Below, one piece after another: positions 9,018-16,452 of a stretch of DNA of 32,480 bases (position 1 is the first letter of the stretch; the number at the start of each line of letters is the position of its first letter). Made by a program: the position numbers and the translations under genes. Origin of the DNA: Anaerolineales bacterium (GTDB lineage: Bacteria; Chloroflexota; Anaerolineae; Anaerolineales; E44-bin32); contig DAOWMX010000001.1 in the NCBI GenBank assembly GCA_030642885.1, positions 1-32,480 of the forward strand, read 5' to 3'. Under the pieces are notes generated by a model. It searched no databases. It was given only the letters and a program-made list of their open reading frames with translations, and was not told where the DNA came from.

Positions 9018-9121
9018 CTCAAACTCCTCTTATTAGAATTTCCTTGAATGAGTTTCGGCTGACAACATTGCTCTTTTCTACGATGAACCACCTCCTTTGT
9101 GGTTTATTCGACTTCTGCGGT

Positions 9122-10081
9122 TTATGAAATGACTATTCGAGTGCCCGTTTTCCCTTCTAGAGCAAGCTCGATATTCACAGGATCTGTGATCAGGGCTTCC
9201 TTACCACCACGTTCTAGAAAGCCAACAATGGCCCGAATCTTGGGTTCCATGCTTCCCTTGCCGAATTGGCCATCGGCGAGATGCTTTTTCGCCTCAGCCA
9301 AAGTCATTCGATCAATCCATTGCTGATCCGGTTTATTGAAATTCAGCGCGACTTTCTCCACTGCTGTTGAGATTAAAAGCAGATCCGCCTGGATGCTATT
9401 TGCCAGTAATGCCGAGGCGAAGTCCTTATCGATCACCGCCTCAATCCCGGTGAGTTCGCCTTTCTCATTTTCAACTACGGGAATGCCCCCGCCGCCCACA
9501 CCGATGACCACAAAACCATCTCCGATCAACGACTGGATCGCATCTTGCTCGATGATGCGGACAGGTAACGGCGACGGGACAACGCGCCGCCAACCTCGTC
9601 CTGCATCCTCCACGACCGTCCAACCTTCTTTCTTACTATGTTCCGATGCGGTCCCCTCATCCATGAAAGAACCAATCGGCTTCGATGGATTCTGGAAGGC
9701 AGGATCGTTTGGATCGACTAAGACCTGCGTAACAACTGTTGCCGATTTCTTGTCGAGCCCACGCAGTAGGAATTCGTTGTAAAGCGCTCGCTGGAACATA
9801 TAGCCGATGGCACCTTGCGTGTCAGCTCCACATGTATCCAAGGGTACGGGGTGAAGCTCATGCAGCGCAAGTTCAACCCGGCGGAGGATGAAGCCCACCT
9901 GCGGTCCATTGCCATGCGTGATTACGACGTCCCAACCCTCTTCGATCATGCCGGCGATATGGGTCATAGATTCACCCGCTGCCGCATATTGATCCGCAAC
10001 TGTTCTGTGTTGCTTATCTTTGATTAGAGAGTTGCCGCCAACAGCGACTACGGCAATTTTTCTTCCACTTGATTTGCTCAT
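9122..10081 (-). CDS. arcC: carbamate kinase
   Basis: 319 aa. KIAVVAVGGNSL...VITHGNGPQVG...IGVGGGGIPV are the canonical carbamate kinase motifs. It starts 15 nt after the stop of the upstream transcarbamylase gene. Confidence 0.9.
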   Translation of the reverse strand: MSKSSGRKIAVVAVGGNSLIKDKQHRTVADQYAAAGESMTHIAGMIEEGWDVVITHGNGPQVGFILRRVELALHELHPVPLDTCGADTQGAIGYMFQRALYNEFLLRGLDKKSATVVTQVLVDPNDPAFQNPSKPIGSFMDEGTASEHSKKEGWTVVEDAGRGWRRVVPSPLPVRIIEQDAIQSLIGDGFVVIGVGGGGIPVVENEKGELTGIEAVIDKDFASALLANSIQADLLLISTAVEKVALNFNKPDQQWIDRMTLAEAKKHLADGQFGKGSMEPKIRAIVGFLERGGKEALITDPVNIELALEGKTGTRIVIS

Positions 10082-10096
10082 TCACAAACCTCCAAA

Positions 10097-11077
10097 CTAG
10101 CGCATCGTTAATGCCATGACGGCTTTTTGTGCATGCAGACGATTCTCTGCCTCATCGAACACGACGCTATGCGGTCCGTCGATAACGCCATCCGTGACCT
10201 CGATGTTACGATCGGCGGGAAGGGGATGCATGTAAATTGAATCGGCTTTGGCCAGCCCCATTTTCTTCTCATCCGTAATCCAGTCTTTATACTTATCCTG
10301 GATTTTCTTCCCTTCCTCGGGATCTGTCGTCGTCAATAAAGGTCCCCAGGACTTAGCGTAGACGATGTCAGCATCTTTTACCGCCGCATTCATATCATCG
10401 ACGACTTCAAACCCTGTGCCGAATTTCTTCGCCTGCGCCTTCGCTTGATCCATGATCTCCGGCATCAACTTGAATTCTGGAGGATGAGCCAAAACAACAT
10501 CGAGACCAAAGCGGGGCATCTGTAAGATTAGCGATTGCGGCACTGAGATAGGTTTCAAGTAGGAAGATGCATAAGCCCAGGAGACCACCATCTTCTTTCT
10601 GCGCAGATCCCTGCCCTTCTTCTCGATGATCGTCATGAGATCGGCCAGGATCTGGAATGGATGGTAGAACTCACACTGCATGTTGAAGACAGGCTCGCGC
10701 GAGGCTTCCGCGACCAGGTTTAGGTACCGATTTCCAATCCCCCAATCGACGTGCCGGATTGCGATTCCATCGAAATAACGACCGAAGATCTCCCCCATCT
10801 CCTTCTCGGTATCTCCATGAGAAATCTGGGTTGTCCGCGATTCGATAAAAGCGGCATGCCCTCCCAGCTGAGCCATCCCCGCCTCAAACGAACCGCGTGT
10901 GCGAGTGCTAGAGAAGAAGAACAACATCGCCAGAACCTTATCTCGTAAGTAAGGATGGGGTTCTCCAAGCGCCCGCTTGCGCTTAAGATCAAAAGCTACT
11001 TCCAGAACGGTTTCGACCTCCTCACGGGTAAAATCGAGGTCACCGATGAGGTCTCTTCCACGTAAATCTGTTTGCAT
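10097..11077 (-). CDS. ATCase/OTCase-superfamily transcarbamylase of the ArgF'/YgeW-like (acyl-ornithine, knotted) branch, substrate unknown
   Basis: 326 aa. The carbamoyl-phosphate motif is FSSTRTRGSFE. HPFQILADL replaces HPTQ, and MHPLPADRNIEV replaces HCLP. IVYAKSWG stands where OTCases have DxxxSMG. From memory, the segments PVFNMQCEFYHPFQ, MVVSWAYASSYLKPISVPQS and VTDGVIDGPHSVVFDEAENR parallel Bacteroides/Xanthomonas ArgF'. Confidence 0.75.
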   Translation of the reverse strand: MQTDLRGRDLIGDLDFTREEVETVLEVAFDLKRKRALGEPHPYLRDKVLAMLFFFSSTRTRGSFEAGMAQLGGHAAFIESRTTQISHGDTEKEMGEIFGRYFDGIAIRHVDWGIGNRYLNLVAEASREPVFNMQCEFYHPFQILADLMTIIEKKGRDLRRKKMVVSWAYASSYLKPISVPQSLILQMPRFGLDVVLAHPPEFKLMPEIMDQAKAQAKKFGTGFEVVDDMNAAVKDADIVYAKSWGPLLTTTDPEEGKKIQDKYKDWITDEKKMGLAKADSIYMHPLPADRNIEVTDGVIDGPHSVVFDEAENRLHAQKAVMALTMR

Positions 11078-11264
11078 GGACGCTTCATCTCCTATCTTAT
11101 GGTTATGGGTTCCTTTTTTTCGATAGTTCAGATCGGCGTTGAGCTCTTTGGTTCATCGAGTCTCCTGCACCTATCCAGGTTGTTTGAGCTCACCTTTCAA
11201 ACTCCACCTGCACTAACTATTCGACTCTATTGTTCGTTCCTCTTGCTTCCGATAATCGACGTAC

Positions 11265-12218
11265 TCACTCCATAGCGCCGAGGACGGACGCCAACAGCCC
11301 CATGCGCATGACCACACCATTGAACGCTTCCAGCCAGTATCGAGACCAACGTGTGGCGTCAACATCGGGAGGAATCTCATCCATCCGCGGCAGGGAGTGC
11401 AATAGGATCGCGTCCGACTTTGCTTTACCGGACAGCAGTTCACGCGTGATCTTGTAATTCGCGGGTGTCAAGCCGACGTCCCCATCCCGTTCGTCACGGG
11501 ATTTGGTGTAATCCGGCTGGACGACCGGCTCTACCAAGATTACATCCGCTTCACTAATCGCTTGCTCCACATGTTCTGCCTCAGCGAAATCGAGACTGAG
11601 TAGTTCAAGCTCTTCTTTAAACTCATCCGTGAGAGACATCTCAGGCGGGGATACGAACGTGATCGGACAATCAAATTGGGTCAGGCCATAGGCTAAGGAG
11701 TGCATTGTTCGCATGCGCATATCGCCAACAGCCAGCCAGCGAAGCCCATCTAGACGGCCTTTCTCCTGATGTACAGTGTACAGGTCGGTGAGTATCTGAG
11801 TCGGGTGTTCCCCCCAGCCATCACCGCCGTTGATAATCGGAATAGAAGCCCATTTCGCGGCCTCATGCGGCGCGCCCTGCTCGAAATGCCGCATCACGAT
11901 CACATCACCGTAGAACTCCAGCATCTTCACTGTGTCCTTAATCGACTCCTGATAGTAATCTCCCGCCCGAGTCATCTTTGCATCGGCAAAGCCTGTCACT
12001 TGCCCGCCCAGGCGTATCATCGCTGCTTCGTGAGCAAGACGGGTTCGAGTGCTTGGTTGGTAGAAAGCTGTAACCAGCGTTTTCTCTGATAGCAAATCTG
12101 TATTGCGTCGATCGCGCGCAAATGGCGCCAAACGGTCACACACTTCGAAAATTCGGTAATACTCTTCCCTCTCAAATCCTTTTAGGGAAAGTATGTCTCG
12201 TCCAGAAAAACTGCGCAT
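11265..12218 (-). CDS. aspartate-carbamoyltransferase-like (PyrB paralogue) transcarbamylase, non-canonical second-substrate site
   Basis: QPSTRTR, VMRH, GEHPTQ, GDMRMRTMHS and HSLPRMDEI match ATCase catalytic-chain motifs. The (T/L)RxQxER aspartate-binding segment is replaced by VEPVVQPDYTKSRDERDGD. The track start 12290 gives a basic, non-homologous extension. I use ATG 12218 (MRSFSGRDILSLKGF) because GGAGGAG lies 8 nt upstream. Confidence 0.75.
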   Translation of the reverse strand: MRSFSGRDILSLKGFEREEYYRIFEVCDRLAPFARDRRNTDLLSEKTLVTAFYQPSTRTRLAHEAAMIRLGGQVTGFADAKMTRAGDYYQESIKDTVKMLEFYGDVIVMRHFEQGAPHEAAKWASIPIINGGDGWGEHPTQILTDLYTVHQEKGRLDGLRWLAVGDMRMRTMHSLAYGLTQFDCPITFVSPPEMSLTDEFKEELELLSLDFAEAEHVEQAISEADVILVEPVVQPDYTKSRDERDGDVGLTPANYKITRELLSGKAKSDAILLHSLPRMDEIPPDVDATRWSRYWLEAFNGVVMRMGLLASVLGAME

Positions 12219-12292
12219 GAATCTACTCCTCCATTTCCTTTTTTTGTACTCGTCGTTTTGTCTGTCCCTAATTTTTCCCCCTTGCCTCACGC

Positions 12293-13036
12293 TTATGGCA
12301 ACCGACGGTTAATATGAAATCGAAAGGTGCCTGGCAAGAAATAACTATACGTGTGGTCGATCACTTCTCCATCTTTTGAATAAAGCTGGGCTTCGAAGAA
12401 CAGCAAGGCATCCCCGCGCTGAATTTTCAGATGACGGGCCACCTCCGGGGAAGCCGATACTGCGGTGATATCTGTGGGAGATTGCCAGATTTCAGGTTCA
12501 TCTCGCTGAAGGAGTACTTCCAGGACCGAACCCCGGAATTCACCTGCTTTGATATCCACAGGCAGATATTTTTCCGGGAGAATGTCAATAAGGAAGGCAA
12601 CAGGTCTCCCTTCTGTCAAGATCACCCTCGAGATTTCGATCAATGGAAGTTCATTTCCCCATCTGAATCGCTGCAGTTCTTCCTCTGTCGCTGTCCGCTC
12701 CCTGATTTCCAGATCCCCCGTCTCGACCTTAAGGCCGATCCGATCTGCGAGCCGCTCGATACTCTCCAGGGTTTCGAGCCCGGTGTCAATCACATGAGGT
12801 AGTTGAGTAACGTACGTGCCCACACCCTGACGACGTACGATCCTCCCTCGACGCTCGAAGATTCTCATCGCCTCGCGCAGGGTCGCGCGTGAAACCCCAA
12901 GGCTGCGGGCTAATTTTGGTTCAGACGGAAGATACGTCCCTGGTTCGACGCTCTCAAGGATCTCAGAAAGAGTCTCAGCTGTACTTTCATAAAGAGGGCG
13001 GCGCTTTGTCTCTTCTCGTATTTCCATTCGACTCAT
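12293..13036 (-). CDS. GntR-family transcriptional regulator, HutC subfamily (winged HTH plus UTRA-like effector domain)
   Basis: The N-terminal YLPSEPKLARSLGVSRATLREAMRIFERRGRIVRRQGVGTYV is a GntR wHTH. The roughly 160-aa C-terminal domain fits UTRA size. The track ORF (start 13204) would overlap the adenine deaminase gene by 122 nt with a Cys/Trp/Leu-rich extension. I use ATG 13036; ATG 13027 is an alternative. Confidence 0.8.
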   Translation of the reverse strand: MSRMEIREETKRRPLYESTAETLSEILESVEPGTYLPSEPKLARSLGVSRATLREAMRIFERRGRIVRRQGVGTYVTQLPHVIDTGLETLESIERLADRIGLKVETGDLEIRERTATEEELQRFRWGNELPLIEISRVILTEGRPVAFLIDILPEKYLPVDIKAGEFRGSVLEVLLQRDEPEIWQSPTDITAVSASPEVARHLKIQRGDALLFFEAQLYSKDGEVIDHTYSYFLPGTFRFHINRRLP

Positions 13037-13082
13037 TTCTTCACTCGCGTTGTCAGCTTCATGGGACCGATATTTTAAGAGC

Positions 13083-14879
13083 CTAATCCCCGCCTTCCAC
13101 CACAGGAATAACTTCAAAACGGTTAACGTCAACGAGACCTTTATCGGAGATTCGCAGATCGGGAATAACAACGAGTGCCAGAAGACTGAGCTGCATATTG
13201 GCATTGTTCAAGTTGCAGCCACATTCTTTAAAAGCGTCGAGAACGCGTTCAGCCTTCTCAGCGACGATCTCTGCCCGTTCTTCCGACATCAAGCCCGCGA
13301 TCGGCAGCTCTACCAAGGCGACAGTTTTCCCCTCGCGGATAACGATCTGTCCACCGCCTACCTCCGCGAGCCGATTGGCGGCCAGAGCCATATCCGTCTC
13401 ATTTGTCCCGACGACGATCATATGGTGAGAATCATGGGCTACGGTTGAGGCGATGGCGCAGGGGCGATCGAAACCAAACCCGTGGACAAACCCTACTTGA
13501 ACTTCGCCCGTCGCCTGGTGACGCTCAACAAGCGCAACCTTGGCGAGATCCTGTTTGATATCAACTGCGATCGTTCCATCTACCGCCTTCATTTCCATCT
13601 TAAGATGTTGCGTCGGAGCCTGGTTCTCAATGACTCCGATGACGTTGACAGTAAAAACACCATCTTTTGAGACATCGACAGAAAAATCTTCTGCGCGGAG
13701 TTCTTTTCCAAGGCGGACGGAAGACTTCACCTCAGGCGGATATACAAAATCGGGGATATCCACCAGAAGTTCTCCATCCTCGGCAATGAGCCTGCCACGT
13801 GCAAAGACCATCTCTGCAGCAAAGGATTCCAGCTCGCCTACGAGCAGTAGGTCTGCATACCGCCCGGGAGCGATCTGTCCGATATCGCCGGCGAGGCCAA
13901 AATGCTCCGCGGTGTTGAGCGTTGCCATCTGAATAGCGGTGATCGGCTCCAGACCCTGCTCGATTGCATGCCGCACAACTCGATCCATGTGCCCATCATG
14001 CACTAATGTCCCGGAGTGGCTGTCATCGGTTACCAGGAGGAAATGGCGAGGGTCGAGACCCTCTTCCGTGACAGCTCGCACCTGACTCGCCACGTCATGC
14101 CACGCTGACCCGAGCCTCATCATCACCTTCATGCCCTGGCGGGCACGCGCGAGCGCATCCTCCAGACGGGTGCCCTCGTGGTCATCTTCCGGTCCCCCGG
14201 CAACGTAACCGTGGAACGGCTTACCCAGGTCAAGCGAGGCATAGTGCCCTCCGATGACCTTTCCTGCAGCGCGGGTTTCCGCCATCTCCAGGTGCATTTT
14301 CTCGTCACTGTTAAAGACACCCGGGAAGTTCATCATTTCGCCTAACCCAATAATCCCCGGCCAGGACAGCGCCTCGGCAACTTCCTCAGGGCCAATCGCG
14401 GCGCCGGGCGTCTCCAAGCCCGGAGCGGATGGCACACAAGATGGAACCTGTACCCACACATGAATAGGCTGAATAGCCGCCTCATCTGCCATGAGACGCA
14501 CACCATCAAGCCCGAAGACATTTGCGATCTCATGTGGGTCGATGAACATCCCTGTCGTGCCGCGCGGGGCCACCGCACGTACAAACTCTCCAACCGTGAT
14601 CATGCCCGACTCAACATGCATATGGCCATCCAACAAGCCGGGGACAATATGGCGGCCTTCTGCCTCGATAACTCGAGTGTCAGGCCCTATGATGTGACTC
14701 GCGTCCTGGCCTACAAAGGCAATGCGTTCCCCAAAAATCGCAACGGAGATTCCTGGGAGGATTTCCCCGGACTGAACGCAAACCCATCGACCGCCGCGTA
14801 TGACGACATCCGCCGGTTTTCTGCCCATGGCGACATCGACGAGTGATCGGCTTAATTCGCTCAAACTTTTAGTATCCAT
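13083..14879 (-). CDS. ade: adenine deaminase
   Basis: About 598 aa. VIRGGRWV...ILPGISVAI, the HMHVESG metal motif, FIDPHEIANV and the large C-terminal domain are typical of Ade/AdeC. I prefer ATG 14879 (MDTKSL) because AGAGAGGAAG lies immediately upstream. GTG 14894 from the track has no SD sequence. Confidence 0.85.
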   Translation of the reverse strand: MDTKSLSELSRSLVDVAMGRKPADVVIRGGRWVCVQSGEILPGISVAIFGERIAFVGQDASHIIGPDTRVIEAEGRHIVPGLLDGHMHVESGMITVGEFVRAVAPRGTTGMFIDPHEIANVFGLDGVRLMADEAAIQPIHVWVQVPSCVPSAPGLETPGAAIGPEEVAEALSWPGIIGLGEMMNFPGVFNSDEKMHLEMAETRAAGKVIGGHYASLDLGKPFHGYVAGGPEDDHEGTRLEDALARARQGMKVMMRLGSAWHDVASQVRAVTEEGLDPRHFLLVTDDSHSGTLVHDGHMDRVVRHAIEQGLEPITAIQMATLNTAEHFGLAGDIGQIAPGRYADLLLVGELESFAAEMVFARGRLIAEDGELLVDIPDFVYPPEVKSSVRLGKELRAEDFSVDVSKDGVFTVNVIGVIENQAPTQHLKMEMKAVDGTIAVDIKQDLAKVALVERHQATGEVQVGFVHGFGFDRPCAIASTVAHDSHHMIVVGTNETDMALAANRLAEVGGGQIVIREGKTVALVELPIAGLMSEERAEIVAEKAERVLDAFKECGCNLNNANMQLSLLALVVIPDLRISDKGLVDVNRFEVIPVVEGGD

Positions 14880-14918
14880 CTTCCTCTCTTTCACAATGTA
14901 GGGTATGGAACCAATAGC

Positions 14919-16298
14919 TCAATCCCTATTCGCTAGATTTAATGCCACGCGATTATGGGTCTCTATTAGCGATGGAAGTTCGACGGGCTGCAGCTCCCCC
15001 TCTGAAACTACCGCCCGGCCATGGACATAGTTGTAATCGACATGCACAGGATTACAGAAGAACATCGCCGCTAATGGATCGTGAAGCGCACCCGAAAAGT
15101 CAACACGGTCTAAGTTCATAGCGATGAAATCCGCGCACATACCTTCCTGGAGGGCTCCGATATCATCCCTCCCTAAAACCTCCGCCCCTCCAATGGTAGC
15201 CAGAGCGAGAACCTGACGGGCAGTCAGCAATGATTCCTCGCCGTCGATCTCCGGAGCTACAGCAGCTCCAACGCGCGAGAGCAGCATTGCCTGGCGTGCT
15301 TCTGCGATCAGATGAGAGCTATCATTGCTTGCCGAACCATCAACGCCGATACTAACTTTCACACCTCGTGATAAAAACCGTCGAATAGGCGCGATTCCTG
15401 AGGCGAGGCGCATGTTGGATGATGGACAATGCGCTACACCCATACCACCATCCGCCATCCGCTCGACCTCTTCGGGGTTGATATGAACAGCATGCGCAAA
15501 CCAAACATCCTCCCCGGCCCAATCCAGCATCTCAACGTATTCCAGGGGACGATGCCCAAACTTGTTTACACAAAACGATTCTTCATCTAGCGTTTCCGCA
15601 AGATGCGTATGGAGATGAACACCGCTAGACCTGGCAAGAGCTGCACTCTCCCGCATGAGATCCGGCGTAACTGAGAACGGCGAGCAAGGGGCAACGACGA
15701 TCCTGACCATCGCTCCCGGGTTGGGATCATGATAGGTCTCGATCACCCGCTGTGTATCCTTGAGAATAAACTCCTCTGCCTCCACAACATCATCGGGGGG
15801 CAGCCCGCCCTTGCTTTCCCCCAGGCTCATGGAGCCTCTACTGGCATGCAGGCGCATACCCATGCCTCGAGCCGCTTCGATCTGATCATCGAGTCGACAG
15901 TCATTTGGGAATATATAATGGTGGTCAGATGTCGTCGTACAGCCAGATAATGCCAGTTCAGCTAACCCTAACTGGGTGGATACACGGATAGCTTCCGGTG
16001 TAAGCCCGGCCCAAATAGGATATAAGGTTTTTAACCAACTGAAGAGATCGGCATCCTGCGCTTGAGGAATTACGCGCGTGAGGGTTTGGTACAGATGATG
16101 ATGTGTGTTTACCAGACCGGGGAGAACAATATGTCCATCGAGGTCGAGGATTTCATCGGCTTTCTTGGGAAGTTCGTCAGTGGGACCAACCTGCTTGATC
16201 CAACCGTTTTCGGCGTAAAAACCTCCATTTGGGATCTCACGCCGTTGACCATCCATCGTGACAAGAAGCATGGCATTACGGATCAATAACGTCGCCAT
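14919..16298 (-). CDS. amidohydrolase of the 8-oxoguanine/guanine deaminase (SsnA/AtzB-like) group
   Basis: LPGLVNTHHHLYQTLTR, HLHTHLAE, FAHAVH and VDGSASND are the metal and catalytic motifs of the COG0402-type deaminases. I use ATG 16298 (MATLLIRNAMLL) because GGGAGGG lies 4-5 nt upstream. The track start 16352 falls inside the promoter. Confidence 0.8.
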   Translation of the reverse strand: MATLLIRNAMLLVTMDGQRREIPNGGFYAENGWIKQVGPTDELPKKADEILDLDGHIVLPGLVNTHHHLYQTLTRVIPQAQDADLFSWLKTLYPIWAGLTPEAIRVSTQLGLAELALSGCTTTSDHHYIFPNDCRLDDQIEAARGMGMRLHASRGSMSLGESKGGLPPDDVVEAEEFILKDTQRVIETYHDPNPGAMVRIVVAPCSPFSVTPDLMRESAALARSSGVHLHTHLAETLDEESFCVNKFGHRPLEYVEMLDWAGEDVWFAHAVHINPEEVERMADGGMGVAHCPSSNMRLASGIAPIRRFLSRGVKVSIGVDGSASNDSSHLIAEARQAMLLSRVGAAVAPEIDGEESLLTARQVLALATIGGAEVLGRDDIGALQEGMCADFIAMNLDRVDFSGALHDPLAAMFFCNPVHVDYNYVHGRAVVSEGELQPVELPSLIETHNRVALNLANRD

Positions 16299-16312
16299 CA
16301 GCCCTCCCTGGA

Positions 16313-16387
16313 TTGACAACGCGAGTCTAGCATCTCCATCTAAATGCGTCAATTGTCAGACAACATAGACAGGGCGGATAATTGTCA
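16313..16387. promoter_or_regulatory. cluster of TTGTCA/TGACAA operator-like half-sites overlapping the promoter
   Basis: The perfect palindrome TTGTCAGACAA (16353-16363) abuts the -35. TTGACAA (16313-16319) is at the predicted transcription start and TTGTCA (16382-16387) lies upstream. AATTGTCA occurs twice (16351-16358 and 16380-16387). These are plausible sites for the GntR/HutC regulator encoded in the same train. Confidence 0.4.
16324..16352 (-). promoter_or_regulatory. sigma70-type promoter for the amidohydrolase-led gene train
   Basis: Minus strand: TTGACG (16352-16347), a 17-nt spacer, then TAGACT (16329-16324). This lies about 25 nt upstream of ATG 16298 and just downstream of the folD terminator. 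Confidence 0.55.
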
Positions 16388-16392
16388 TACTT

Positions 16393-16430
16393 AAACGAAA
16401 ACTCGCCGCCCTTTTAAAGGGGACGGCGAG
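16393..16430 (-). terminator. intrinsic terminator of folD
   Basis: Minus-strand RNA reads CUCGCCGUCCCCUUUAAAAGGGCGGCGAG followed by UUUUCGUUU. The arms are 16402-16408 and 16424-16430 plus an inner CCC/GGG pairing. It begins 23 nt after the folD stop. Confidence 0.7.
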
Positions 16431-16452
16431 TAATTATCTGCGCGAATCGCAC

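Noticed and set aside
9087-9103. Hairpin ACCAC-ctcctttg-GTGGT between arcC and the binding-protein gene as a terminator
   Set aside because: It has only a 5-bp stem and no U-tract on the transcribed strand. This is insufficient to call a terminator, so read-through into the transporter genes is assumed.
12219-13204. N-terminal extensions proposed by the ORF track for several genes: GntR 13204, PyrB-like 12290, amidohydrolase 16352, kinase 19675, LacI 29883, M14 19777, ATPase 7777
   Set aside because: The extensions are non-homologous to the families and often begin at TTG or GTG. They overlap upstream genes, promoters or hairpins. In most cases (not the kinase or LacI genes) the internal ATG has a Shine-Dalgarno sequence at proper spacing.
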